A stretch of 33,110 bases of DNA from Thraustochytrium aureum (taxonomy: Eukaryota): contig BLSG01000391.1 of NCBI GenBank assembly GCA_012862495.1, forward strand, positions 136,685-169,794, given 5' to 3'. Shown in pieces: positions 1 through 9,761 of the stretch (position 1 is its first letter; the number at the start of each line of letters is the position of its first letter). Position numbers and translations under genes: made by a program. A model generated the notes under the pieces. That model did no database searches and was not told the DNA's origin. It worked only from the letters and a program-made list of their open reading frames with translations.

Positions 1-1
1 A

Positions 2-3000
2 AGTGCGAGCCCAATCTTACCGACCCCGCCAACAACGAGTGCACCAAGCGCAATTCCTACGTCGTCCCCAACAGAGCTGTGTACGCCAGTGGGGCTAAGC
101 CCCTACCAAATGCTGAACGGCCAGTACTTGCAGTGCTGCGCGGGCTTGGTAGATTGCCTTCAGGACTGGAGGGGGGACTCGAACTGGTCGGTTCGCTGTG
201 CTGCCTCTGATGCTTCTTGCGCAGAGGTGTTGATATCGTTTTCGCCGACCCAATCTCCAACACCTTCGCCATCGCTTGCGCCAACGTCAGCACCGAGTCC
301 GCCGACTTTTTCGCCGACCCGCTCACCAACGAAGCCCCCAACGCCGCCAACGGCGGTGCCAACTAGCTCCCCAGTGACCATGTTTCCGACATCTTCCCCA
401 ACTGCATTCGAGCCAGACCCGATTGGCGTGATTGAAGTCGTCCTGAACGAGACGGACGACGTCGACGACATCGTGGACAAAATAAAGGACCTCATCGACG
501 AAAACTCGGGCGGTGGCACGGTGGTGGACGCAGTGGTTGTAACTGTGGAGGAGTTTTGTGTTCCACTGGTCAACAATGGCATGGAAGCGGCGGCCTGCCT
601 TGCTCGATGTGCCTCGCAGTGCGACGAGTCCTGCTCAGTTGACATTGTTGCAGATGGAGGCGACCCAGTGCATACAGACCTCAGAGCGGTCACAAGAGCC
701 GTGGTCGGGTCGAACCGAACATTTGGGGTTTCCGCGTCGAAAAGCTATGAGGCGTTTCTCGATCAAGTTCTCGGCCATCTCGGCCTCAGCGCCGGTTCGC
801 TGTCGTCGGCTAGTTGCGAAAATGAAACGACGAGCGTGACCATCGTTGTGGTGGAGATTACTCCGAATGGAACGCACTCCAACTCAAGCGGAGACCTGAC
901 AGACTGGCTCAACGAAAACGCCACGGAGGCAATTAAAAACGCAACGGGCGGCGAGACGACCGTCGACACGTGCGCAAAGCAAACCTGCTCGAACCGTGGG
1001 TATTGCGTCGCTGGACGGTGTGAATGCGACAGTGGCTTTGCGGGGCTGCAGTGCCAGATCGAGCTGACGAGTCCTCCAACGTCCACGCCGACAGTGAACG
1101 GGTGCGCGTCTGGAACCTGGATCAAAGCGTTCGAGCAGACTGGTTGTGCAACTGTGCTGGTGGACCTAGGCCGAGACTTGATGGACGCCTTGTTCCGGGA
1201 AACCGGCATTGCACGCTACGACACTTACGGCACCCCATATGCCTACCTCAAGCGACTTCGCAACGCAGAGCTCTTTAGCGCGTACGACAATCTTGTCGAC
1301 ACGTGGTCCGACACGAACAACGTCTTGGGGCAAGACTTCGCCATTTACTCCTCTGAGCAAGACCTCGATCAAGGCGCGAATGCTTGGCAGTATTGCTTTT
1401 ACAACATCGCCGGAGTGGGATTCCCAAACATTTGCGGCAAGACGGGAAGAACTTTCAACAAGTGGAGCAGCGGATACTGCCAAGCACTGACCGACGACAA
1501 TGTCCGCGTCGTCTCTGCCGTGACGCGCTTTGCCTTTTACATCTGTGCCGCCGAGCCCGAAGAACCAACGCCGCCCAAAACGCTTCCGGAGACTGCGGCA
1601 ATCCAAGGCCGCGTGCAAAGCGTGATTGGAACTGCCGTCCGTGCCAAGGTTCAATTGTATGAGGGCATTCTACTTGGTTCGAGCCCTGAAAGCTGGGCTC
1701 TGTCTACACCGCTCCAGACGACCGAAACCCTGCTCAGTTTCGCCGAGGCAGTTCCAAGTCTAGCCCCAAGTGCGAGCCCTGAGGGCATACCGCTGTCTTC
1801 TGAGTGCGCATTGGCAGAGCTTGGTCAACCAGGCGGCGTCGAGGCTTTCTCCTTTTCTGGGCTGGCTGCTGGGTTGTATTCGATCGTCGCTACCCCACTT
1901 GAGGAGGCCCAAATGACGCACTCCGAGGCCATGCTGTCATATATCTTGCACAACTCGACCAACGTGGTAGTCGAACTGCCGCTCAGCTTGGAAGATCGAC
2001 AGGTTAAGGTTGAGCTCGAATACGTACCTGGGGCGTTTGGGGAGCTCGACCTCATGGTCAACTTTCGCGTAGACTCCCAGTCGCAGCTCGAATGTTCGCT
2101 GTCCTCTGCATCGCTTGGGGACGGTACCTGCGGCTGCGGCTCGGTTCGCGTGCTCGCGAATTCAGATGTGGAGATTCCGTCCGGGTCCGAGGCGACACGC
2201 AGGCAAACGATTGTTATTGAAACGCTCTACCAGACTGTGTACAGGTTTTTCCTGACGAGAAAATCCTCCGTCGCTGGCGAAAGCGGTGGTGCCTGGGACG
2301 GCCTCCGGTACCGGAAAGATGGCCGATGTGGAGCTGACTATCCGCTTGCAAACGGGCAAAAGTCGCAGTGCCCGACGGAGGAGATTCTCTGGGACGATGG
2401 GACGTTTGGAGCTCGCCCCTGCTGCAGCCAGTCAGGACACTGCGGCGACACCACGAGACACTGCGGCTGCATGCATTGCATCGACTATCGCGAATTCGTT
2501 GGTGAAGCCTGGAAGCAGCGTTTTCGCGCCGACGGGCTGTGTCGCGACCCGCTCAACCCAGCCGAGGACGGTCTTCCGGCGATTTGCCCCCCTGACACGA
2601 CCGTGGTGTGGTGGGACATGTCGGTCGAAACCCGACCTTGCTGCAACAGCAACTTTGAGTGCAGCAACAGGGCAAGCGACTGTACTTGTCCGACTTGCGT
2701 CGACTACAGACAGTTTATTCAAGCAGATGAAGACCCGCAAAGCGCGAGCGGCTCGGAGCAAACGCCAACCCTCGTGCCGCGAACCGTGGAAGAGTCTGGC
2801 GCTCGGGTGCTCGTGTCGACCGCCGGGGGGCTCACAGCCACAATTGAGATGCCCTCCTCGCATGTGCAGACCAACTACTTTGACCTGCACGACTTTCAAG
2901 CTGGCGAGCCCACCTCGAGCTCTTCGTTTGTGCGCCTCTTTTGTCTGGACGGGAGGACGCCTGCCCCTGAAGTGCACGAGTACGGCGCACCGCGATATTT

Positions 3001-4456
3001 TGCCTTCCAGGGCCAAATGGCAGATCTAGATGCTGACGAGTGCCCGAGTGCGGCTGGGTGCGAGTTTGCAGTCGTGCGCGGGATGACGCTGAACGAGTCG
3101 CTGAACGGCCTCTACCTTCTTAGGTATGGGACTGCGAAGGACGAATACAAGGCATATCCCGGGTTCAGTGTCAACAGCGCGTGCTTTCAAGACATCGCCC
3201 TGACAGACGGCTCCTCTGCAGCCAAGGTCTCGGGACTCACAAAGGCCGACACGCGCGAGTGCATGACGGAATGCAGCAACGACGCCCTGTGCCACGGTTT
3301 TGTGTGGCAGACTGACACAGCAAGTGGCGACGACCTGTGGCAATGCAGCTTTTATACCCAGGCCGAGCGGTGCGGGGGCCATTTCACTTCCCGAAACCTC
3401 GATGACATGGTTTTTGCCAAGGTTGGTGACGGCTCGAGCGCCACCCCTGCGCGTTGGTACACTCGCGTGGACACGATCTTTGCGCCCGCCGGGGGAGCCG
3501 TGCACTTGTATCGCGGAGAGGCCAGCACGACGTTCGGGGGGCTGTACACCTGGTTCTTCGACACCAACCTGGACCCCGTTGACGGGTTTTTAAGCACCGG
3601 TGTCGACGCTTTGGGGACTGGCCGCCCCGACGGCGTCGTCCAGTGGCTCACGCTGACGAAGGCGTGGACTTTTACCATTCTTCTGGCAGAAGACCCGCTC
3701 GCGGCGACCGCCACGCTCTTGCTGGACAGCTGCGCCTTGCACGCGCCCACCGTCGCGCAGAACCTCACCTTGCTCGCTTGCAATTGCGACCCAGATAGCT
3801 CGCAAGAGCAGGCGCTGTGCGCAACACCCTGCGCAAGCCAGCCAGACCCGATCGCGGGGACGTGCAAAACCTTGTTCGATCCCAACGCGACGTCGACGTC
3901 GTGCACACCGCAGAGGTTTGCCGCGGGAACGCCAGGAACGGACAACGGGTGCGCTCCGGGTGCCGTATGGTGCGGCTTAGGCGGGTACGACCCCACACAG
4001 TATAGTAGCTGCGCGAGCACCGCTGCGCTCGGCGTGTGCTCGTTTTTCCAGCTCCGCTTCTCGGGGACCAATCTCTGCTTTGGGCGGGCCCGCTGGAGTA
4101 TTCGCGCAGTAGCCTGCGACGCGACAGATCCGCTGCAGCAATGGATGTTCTCCCGCGAGGGGTTTCTCGTTGGTCGAGGGGTCGCTAGCAGCAGCGCCGT
4201 GTACCAGTCATTCTTCTACAGCGTTGGGCTCGTTGGCGAAGACGACGCCCCGCCGGGTCTGGCGCTCCAGGACCCGCAGGCAAGCGCGCTTTTTCGCCCT
4301 CTGCGCTTTGAGCCACAGCACGACAACAAGCTCTTCGCTGACGCAGCGGGCCTCGCCGCCGAATCGCTCTGCGTCGCCTCGGCTCCTCCACTAGGGATGG
4401 TGGTCGGCCATTCGCCCTCCACTTCGTCAGAATGCGGCTCGTTTGAAATCATATGA
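2..4456 (+). CDS. Large mosaic extracellular protein, 5'-partial: Pro/Thr/Ser stalks, EGF-like domain, lectin-like domain, two hevein/chitin-binding type-1-like repeats, PAN/apple-like domain, C-terminal ricin-B-like region
   Basis: The frame is open from base 2 (SASPILPTPP...), so the start lies upstream of the window. Motifs: PTxxPT repeats; EGF CSNRGYCVAGRCECDSGFAGLQC; two Cys-rich repeats RxDGxC...PCC..C..C.C..CxDYR (~2303-2490, ~2516-2710); PAN-like CMTECSNDALCHGFVW..CSFY; ACDATDPLQQWMF (QxW). Stop TGA ends at 4456. Confidence 0.85.
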   Translation, partial: SASPILPTPPTTSAPSAIPTSSPTELCTPVGLSPYQMLNGQYLQCCAGLVDCLQDWRGDSNWSVRCAASDASCAEVLISFSPTQSPTPSPSLAPTSAPSPPTFSPTRSPTKPPTPPTAVPTSSPVTMFPTSSPTAFEPDPIGVIEVVLNETDDVDDIVDKIKDLIDENSGGGTVVDAVVVTVEEFCVPLVNNGMEAAACLARCASQCDESCSVDIVADGGDPVHTDLRAVTRAVVGSNRTFGVSASKSYEAFLDQVLGHLGLSAGSLSSASCENETTSVTIVVVEITPNGTHSNSSGDLTDWLNENATEAIKNATGGETTVDTCAKQTCSNRGYCVAGRCECDSGFAGLQCQIELTSPPTSTPTVNGCASGTWIKAFEQTGCATVLVDLGRDLMDALFRETGIARYDTYGTPYAYLKRLRNAELFSAYDNLVDTWSDTNNVLGQDFAIYSSEQDLDQGANAWQYCFYNIAGVGFPNICGKTGRTFNKWSSGYCQALTDDNVRVVSAVTRFAFYICAAEPEEPTPPKTLPETAAIQGRVQSVIGTAVRAKVQLYEGILLGSSPESWALSTPLQTTETLLSFAEAVPSLAPSASPEGIPLSSECALAELGQPGGVEAFSFSGLAAGLYSIVATPLEEAQMTHSEAMLSYILHNSTNVVVELPLSLEDRQVKVELEYVPGAFGELDLMVNFRVDSQSQLECSLSSASLGDGTCGCGSVRVLANSDVEIPSGSEATRRQTIVIETLYQTVYRFFLTRKSSVAGESGGAWDGLRYRKDGRCGADYPLANGQKSQCPTEEILWDDGTFGARPCCSQSGHCGDTTRHCGCMHCIDYREFVGEAWKQRFRADGLCRDPLNPAEDGLPAICPPDTTVVWWDMSVETRPCCNSNFECSNRASDCTCPTCVDYRQFIQADEDPQSASGSEQTPTLVPRTVEESGARVLVSTAGGLTATIEMPSSHVQTNYFDLHDFQAGEPTSSSSFVRLFCLDGRTPAPEVHEYGAPRYFAFQGQMADLDADECPSAAGCEFAVVRGMTLNESLNGLYLLRYGTAKDEYKAYPGFSVNSACFQDIALTDGSSAAKVSGLTKADTRECMTECSNDALCHGFVWQTDTASGDDLWQCSFYTQAERCGGHFTSRNLDDMVFAKVGDGSSATPARWYTRVDTIFAPAGGAVHLYRGEASTTFGGLYTWFFDTNLDPVDGFLSTGVDALGTGRPDGVVQWLTLTKAWTFTILLAEDPLAATATLLLDSCALHAPTVAQNLTLLACNCDPDSSQEQALCATPCASQPDPIAGTCKTLFDPNATSTSCTPQRFAAGTPGTDNGCAPGAVWCGLGGYDPTQYSSCASTAALGVCSFFQLRFSGTNLCFGRARWSIRAVACDATDPLQQWMFSREGFLVGRGVASSSAVYQSFFYSVGLVGEDDAPPGLALQDPQASALFRPLRFEPQHDNKLFADAAGLAAESLCVASAPPLGMVVGHSPSTSSECGSFEII

Positions 4457-5832
4457 AGCAAACGCTTCAGCGGCCCGGCATCTTGCACGCCGTGGTGGCC
4501 GAAGGCTATACATCGCATTAGGTACTCTAACAATGTAGTGATGCTGAACAGCAAGCTGAAGCCCAGCAGCGTTGTGTCTTTGTGTCTGCTCCACGCGCAG
4601 ATTCATCAACATTTGCACCTGCCGCTCGGGCCAGCTGTTGGCCCAGAGCCAACACACGCCAAAGAATGTGAAGAACTTGGATGTGAGCGAGCCGCCGGCG
4701 TTCAAAACCCAAACCCGCGTTCACACGCCGAAGCTGGCTGTCCATCACGACTGTTTGTTTCCGAGGACAACGTGGATCGGACTGTGCGCGACCTCACAGA
4801 GAACCAGCCAAGGAGGATTGGTAAAGCAGGTAAGTACAGAGTACTCTCTAGCTACTAGTGGTGTCCTCGCATACTCGAGTACCTACTCTCTCACTCTGTC
4901 CTCGGCCCCACCTTCTTCTGAACACCTAGCTCTCCTCACGGTCCAAATGTTGCCTCGCACTGACGAGTCCAGTGACCAGGCAGGCCTTTCGCGTCGTGTA
5001 CAGTACAGCAAGGAGGATCCGACACGAGTACAGTACCCTCCTACCTTACTCTTACCTGATGTGAGATGAGCGAGCGTTCAATGCGAGTGTGGTTGGTGTC
5101 GTGGTTGGTGTCGGCTCACTCCTGGATGAGAGCAATCGGACGGTCCACTTGATTGATTGGGCAAGTACCCTTAATTGTCTCAAGGCAGTGGAGTGCTTAC
5201 TCAGCACCCTTCGAGTTGCTCCGCGTCGTGATTCGTGACGGATGCGACCCAAGGTTTTCACCTCGTCCGTTTCGGTCGATTGTGGAAGAGTGGATTGCCA
5301 AGCGGTGTCCTTGCCGAATGCTTTTTTTCTCCCAGTTGAAAGTGTGTGAATTGCAGGCGGTCATGTGCTCGGCTGCCATCAGAGTCGATCGGGCGGGCGA
5401 GCGCTTGCACACTCGACGAAGCTCTCCCCGCCAACGGCAGAGTTTGGTGAAATCAAGTTTCACTTCCTCGTCTTTGCACCAGCTGACAAGCTGCATGAGA
5501 CCCATCAGAGTCTCCAGCAGATTGCTTGAAAGAGGGAACGTGCCTGGGAGAGGCAGACTCGGAGGGGCTCGGCCGGTCTGGAACACGACTGCCAGGTCAA
5601 CTATCGCGCTCACTTCAATCCCATGCCACGTTGCTCCTTATTAGCAGCCGGTAGGAGCCTTCACTCATGTTTCTGCGCTCCTCATGCGTGCAGAGCTTTG
5701 GCACTCTAGAGACGCTCGATCGCTCGCCGTCGAATCGCAGCAGTCATCAGCAAACCCCGAACTCGCGACTGAAGCAAACAAAAACCAGCAAGCTGCAAGC
5801 AATCTGCAAGTGCACCGTCTCGAAGAAGCAAA

Positions 5833-7713
5833 ATGTGGTCTACTACGGGCTCTGCCTATGGGGAGCAGCGTCGAGGACAACGCACGGGCCATCAATTATC
5901 GAGTGTGGTGCGTCTCACGAACAACTCTCGCGAACTCCGAGAGAAGCTCGGGTTCGAGTTCGTCCCCGGAATGCTCCGCTATCTCGGCGATGTTGGTCGC
6001 ATCGAAGCCTTGTCGAGCGATTCCCGTTGGGCACGGGTAAGGGGCCTTGGTCCTTACTGGTACGAATTATCTGTGCTTGAGCTTGGCAACGTCGAGTCGG
6101 AGGACGACAATGCTCGAAATTTCGAGAGCAAAGACGCCGTCGAGGGAAGACTCCGGAGGATGATGGAGTGGCTTGCCAACAGCACGACGGATGACGCGTG
6201 CGACGCGGGTGATGCATGCCCAGTCCACGGAGATCAGTACCCTGACCGCGTACCATCTTCGAAACCCGGGCGGTCTCGAAAGCTGTCGCAATCTACCGCG
6301 GGTGGAAAGGCGATGGTTGTCCCGGGTGCTCGAGTGAGGCTGACCGCGTCCCCGGCGGAGCTTAGGCGACTAGCCCAGGGCCACGGCGGGTTTGTTCCCG
6401 CTATGTTGGAGTTCTGCGGGAGAGAAGGGTATGTTGTCTCCGTTCGCGAAAACGACACCTGCAGGGTAGCCGGCCTAGGGCCCTTCATCTACAACATTGC
6501 GTGCTTCACCGTGCTCCAAGATGCGGAGCACCTCATCCGGGTGAATCACGTCGTTGAGCTCTCGAGGAGCTTCCCTGGAATGTCAAGCAAAGTCGTTCCC
6601 GGCATGCGCGGGATCGTGCGCAAGGTCAACTTTGGCGAAGAGTTGGCCAAGGTCCGAGGCTTTGGATCGGCGTGGTACCGATTCCAGGACCTGACCGCTC
6701 TTGGCCCACTAGAATGTGAGGAGAGCCATGAGCTCCGCTACGCCAGGACACCGTACCACACCTTCAAGTGCGACCGGTGCGCGCGGAAAGGCACCCGCGA
6801 CAGCGAGCACGTCATGCGATGTGACGATTGCACGTTTGACTTGTGCCAAGACTGTGTGTCTGCGGCTGTCGAAGGCCTCGAAGACCCAAGCGAGACAAGC
6901 TCAAAGAGGACGAGCTTGACGAAGCGATTGTCAAGGCGCCTGTCCCCGCCTTTTGCCCTTCAGCGCTTGAGCCTAGGTAGGACCGCAATGGCAAGGCCCC
7001 CGCCGAATCCAGACGGCCCGGGAGGCCCTCCCCGTGGAAAGCAGGAGGCACGACGCTCGAGTACTGCATTGACGCGCCCCCCTCAGGGCACGCGAGGCCA
7101 AGGCGACATCATGAGACGGTTCAAGTCACACTCAGGACTTGCAGACGAGGAAGATGAAGCCCCCAGGGCAGGAGCGACAGCTACCAGAAAGATCGACCTC
7201 GACTCTCCACAGAAGCCCTTCGTCTTCATCTCCTACTCTTGGGGAAAGGAGAAGTGCAACCAGAAACGCGTGAAGGAACTGAGCGATAGAATCAATGGCC
7301 ATGGTGTCGACACGTGGCTCGATTGCGATCAACTCAAGCTTGGCGGGAACGTGGGCGACTGCCTACTCGCTTTGGAGCAAGCGACCTTGGTTTTGTTCTG
7401 CTTTACCCAAGAGTACGTCGACAAGTGCCTGGGCAGGCTTGAGACAGGTCCGAACAAGTACTGCTGGAGAGAGTTCAAGCTCTTTTCGGTTATGATGAAC
7501 AAGCCGTTCGTCGTCATCCTCATGGAGAAAGACTTGGGAAAAAGGTGGGACACCATCACGCCAACGAGCACGTTTCTTAAACTCCACGGCACCGTTTATA
7601 GTGAATGCTTTACGTCGGAGCCGAGTACATATGACAGCGTCGCACTGGCAGTTGCTGATGAGTTCAAGAGCAAAGACTACTCCGTGCTTGAGAGCCCAGA
7701 CCCCGAGGACTGA
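5833..7713 (+). CDS. TIR-domain protein with three Mind-bomb-type SH3 repeats and a ZZ-like zinc finger
   Basis: Repeat 2, PGARVRLTASPAELRRLAQGHGGFVPAMLEFCGREGYVVSV, matches the Mib SH3 repeat pattern (LQxGHGGW...M...G..G.V); two related repeats flank it. Zinc finger: CDRC...RCDDCTFDLCQDC. TIR_2-like C-terminus: VFISYSW...VDTWLD...LVLFCFTQEY...CWREF. The start codon is uncertain. Confidence 0.85.
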   Translation: MWSTTGSAYGEQRRGQRTGHQLSSVVRLTNNSRELREKLGFEFVPGMLRYLGDVGRIEALSSDSRWARVRGLGPYWYELSVLELGNVESEDDNARNFESKDAVEGRLRRMMEWLANSTTDDACDAGDACPVHGDQYPDRVPSSKPGRSRKLSQSTAGGKAMVVPGARVRLTASPAELRRLAQGHGGFVPAMLEFCGREGYVVSVRENDTCRVAGLGPFIYNIACFTVLQDAEHLIRVNHVVELSRSFPGMSSKVVPGMRGIVRKVNFGEELAKVRGFGSAWYRFQDLTALGPLECEESHELRYARTPYHTFKCDRCARKGTRDSEHVMRCDDCTFDLCQDCVSAAVEGLEDPSETSSKRTSLTKRLSRRLSPPFALQRLSLGRTAMARPPPNPDGPGGPPRGKQEARRSSTALTRPPQGTRGQGDIMRRFKSHSGLADEEDEAPRAGATATRKIDLDSPQKPFVFISYSWGKEKCNQKRVKELSDRINGHGVDTWLDCDQLKLGGNVGDCLLALEQATLVLFCFTQEYVDKCLGRLETGPNKYCWREFKLFSVMMNKPFVVILMEKDLGKRWDTITPTSTFLKLHGTVYSECFTSEPSTYDSVALAVADEFKSKDYSVLESPDPED

Positions 7714-7817
7714 GCGGCTCAGTGGCAGCTCCGGCTGGTTCGTACACCTTTCACAATCAATCTACAATCCACTCGCCTTTGCATCCGTCTCTGCTTGATC
7801 TTGCAAGACCAGCGCCA

Positions 7818-9761
7818 TCAAACCGCGGTGCTGCGAAGCTCGTCAACGGATGAAGATGCCTTCAGCTTGCTGACCCACGAGACCGCGTGGGCCCTGCTTC
7901 CAGCGACCAAGTAGATTCCTCCTGGGCCCGGCTGCAGCGCGTCGCTTCCCGCGCCTTCCCAAAGCGATGGCGGACCCCGCGGGCCTGGCTCCAGATGAAA
8001 CTCGCTGCACTCGTTGTGGCCATTGAAAATGAACGAGGTGACGAGCGCACCCCCGATTCGGATCGCTCCTCGGGGCTTGACGGAGCCGTACGAGTCGTAA
8101 ATGTGCACCTTGGCGTCGAACAGAGCAGCCCACACAGGTGTCCACGACCAGCCTTGCTTAACCGTTTGCGGAGGCGCAATCAATTCATTGGCAAGGACGT
8201 GCGGCGGGGAGGCTACGGTCTCCAGCTCGCCGCGATGAGGCTCGCGTTCGCAGCCCCCAACAATAGCAATGCGCTCTCCTTGGAGCGGAGCGGCTTTCTT
8301 CGGGCAGTCCTCAACGATGGCGCCGTCTTGGAGCACGGACAAGGCGGCGGCTTCATCCTCGTACCGCGCGGCGTTGCCGTGCGCGTGGCCAACGCACGCG
8401 CCAAAAACGCGACCGAGGAGGCGCGCGGCCATGTCCCCCAGGCCTTGTCGCCGCGCGCTGCTGTCGCCCTCGAGGCTCAGGTGGGGGACCGACATTTGCA
8501 GCATTGATGCTCTCTTGCTCCGGGCTGGCTCAGCGGCTTCTTCTTTCGCGTCGCCGCGCGAGACCCAAAGCCATCCGCAAAAGGAGTGACTCGCAGACCG
8601 AACGTCAAACTCAAACTCGCTGATCTGCTGCAGGACCGAAGCGTCTTTGCCGGCTGGCTCGGCGAGTACGCTCTTTGGAATCGCGTGGACTCTGATCTTG
8701 GATCTGCCCGAGACAAGGAATGAGTCTTTGAACACGCCGAGGTCGATGAGCGTGGCTTCGAGTAGAGTTCGTGCTCTGCCGTTTTTTTCTGGACCAGTCT
8801 GGGTCGTGGGGCCCTTGAGAGAAACAGATACGACGCAGGTCTCATCGACGCCAGGCAGCAGGATTGAAAAGTGGGGCGGTTCTTGCTGCTCGTCGAGCAA
8901 ATCGCTCATGCGTATTGGCTCGCTTGTCCATTTGAACACCCGGATGGACGTCGCAAGGTTCCACACCGCCACGACGAAAATAGCGCTCCGAAAGCGCGCC
9001 CGCAATGCTGCCTTGTGCCGCTTGCTTATAGTTTTGAGCTTGAGACCATAGATTTCGACGACTTGGAGGGAGGGCCCCTTTCGTGCGAGCTGTGCCCGCG
9101 TCTTGTGCCCTTTCCACAGTCGTTGAAGTTTGAGGCAGGCTGCAGATCGGAGAACGAGAATTTTCTCGTCGTGCTCATCGCGCTCATCCTCTGCGAACGC
9201 TTTTGGCTTGCTGTCCTTCGATTCTGATGCAGCAAGTCGAGCACTAGGGCAAACTTGTTTGACTTCCTCCGCACAATGTGCCTCTGGGACTCCAGCGTTG
9301 TCGTTGGCGTCTTTGAAGTCGTCTGTGCAGCTCGTCATCGGCTCCACCGCGTCCAGTCGTTCACCACCATCCTCGCTGACAGGCGCGCCTGACGGCTCTG
9401 ATTGCCCGTGGATGGTCGCGTACTGCTGCGGAGGCAGTAGTTGGTCACCAGATGTTGCGGCGCTGCCAGGCTCGTTGGCAAACGCAAGCTCGCGCTCGAT
9501 CTCTCGCGCTGTTGCTGCTCTCTCTGGCGCTGGCGCGTTTTCTTGCTCGCTCGGCGCTGGCTCGTCAATCAGGCAGCGCCGCGAGCTGCTCGGCAAAGCT
9601 GGCACGTTTGCCAGAGCAGCTTCAAGCACAAGCAGCTCTTGCGATTTGCGGCTGTGCTCTACGGATATGATACGGTCGAATTCGCGATCCATCTCCCCGC
9701 GACTCGCGCGGCGGTGCGTCACCGTGCTGCCATCTGCCTCGTCCGTGGCAGGGCCGGCCAT
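7818..9761 (-). CDS. IQ-motif and PH-domain protein
   Basis: Long ORF with probable start MAGPATDE at 9761 (ORF is open to 10070). IQ motif ACLKLQRLWKGHKTR. PH elements: FCGWLWV ... WTPVWAALFDAKVHIYDS..KPRGAIRI ... LVAGSRAHAVSWVSKLK. Confidence 0.75.
   Translation of the reverse strand: MAGPATDEADGSTVTHRRASRGEMDREFDRIISVEHSRKSQELLVLEAALANVPALPSSSRRCLIDEPAPSEQENAPAPERAATAREIERELAFANEPGSAATSGDQLLPPQQYATIHGQSEPSGAPVSEDGGERLDAVEPMTSCTDDFKDANDNAGVPEAHCAEEVKQVCPSARLAASESKDSKPKAFAEDERDEHDEKILVLRSAACLKLQRLWKGHKTRAQLARKGPSLQVVEIYGLKLKTISKRHKAALRARFRSAIFVVAVWNLATSIRVFKWTSEPIRMSDLLDEQQEPPHFSILLPGVDETCVVSVSLKGPTTQTGPEKNGRARTLLEATLIDLGVFKDSFLVSGRSKIRVHAIPKSVLAEPAGKDASVLQQISEFEFDVRSASHSFCGWLWVSRGDAKEEAAEPARSKRASMLQMSVPHLSLEGDSSARRQGLGDMAARLLGRVFGACVGHAHGNAARYEDEAAALSVLQDGAIVEDCPKKAAPLQGERIAIVGGCEREPHRGELETVASPPHVLANELIAPPQTVKQGWSWTPVWAALFDAKVHIYDSYGSVKPRGAIRIGGALVTSFIFNGHNECSEFHLEPGPRGPPSLWEGAGSDALQPGPGGIYLVAGSRAHAVSWVSKLKASSSVDELRSTAV

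Noticed and set aside
5197..5613. 138-aa minus-strand ORF as a transposon or gene remnant
   Set aside because: No transposase, RT or other motif recognised.
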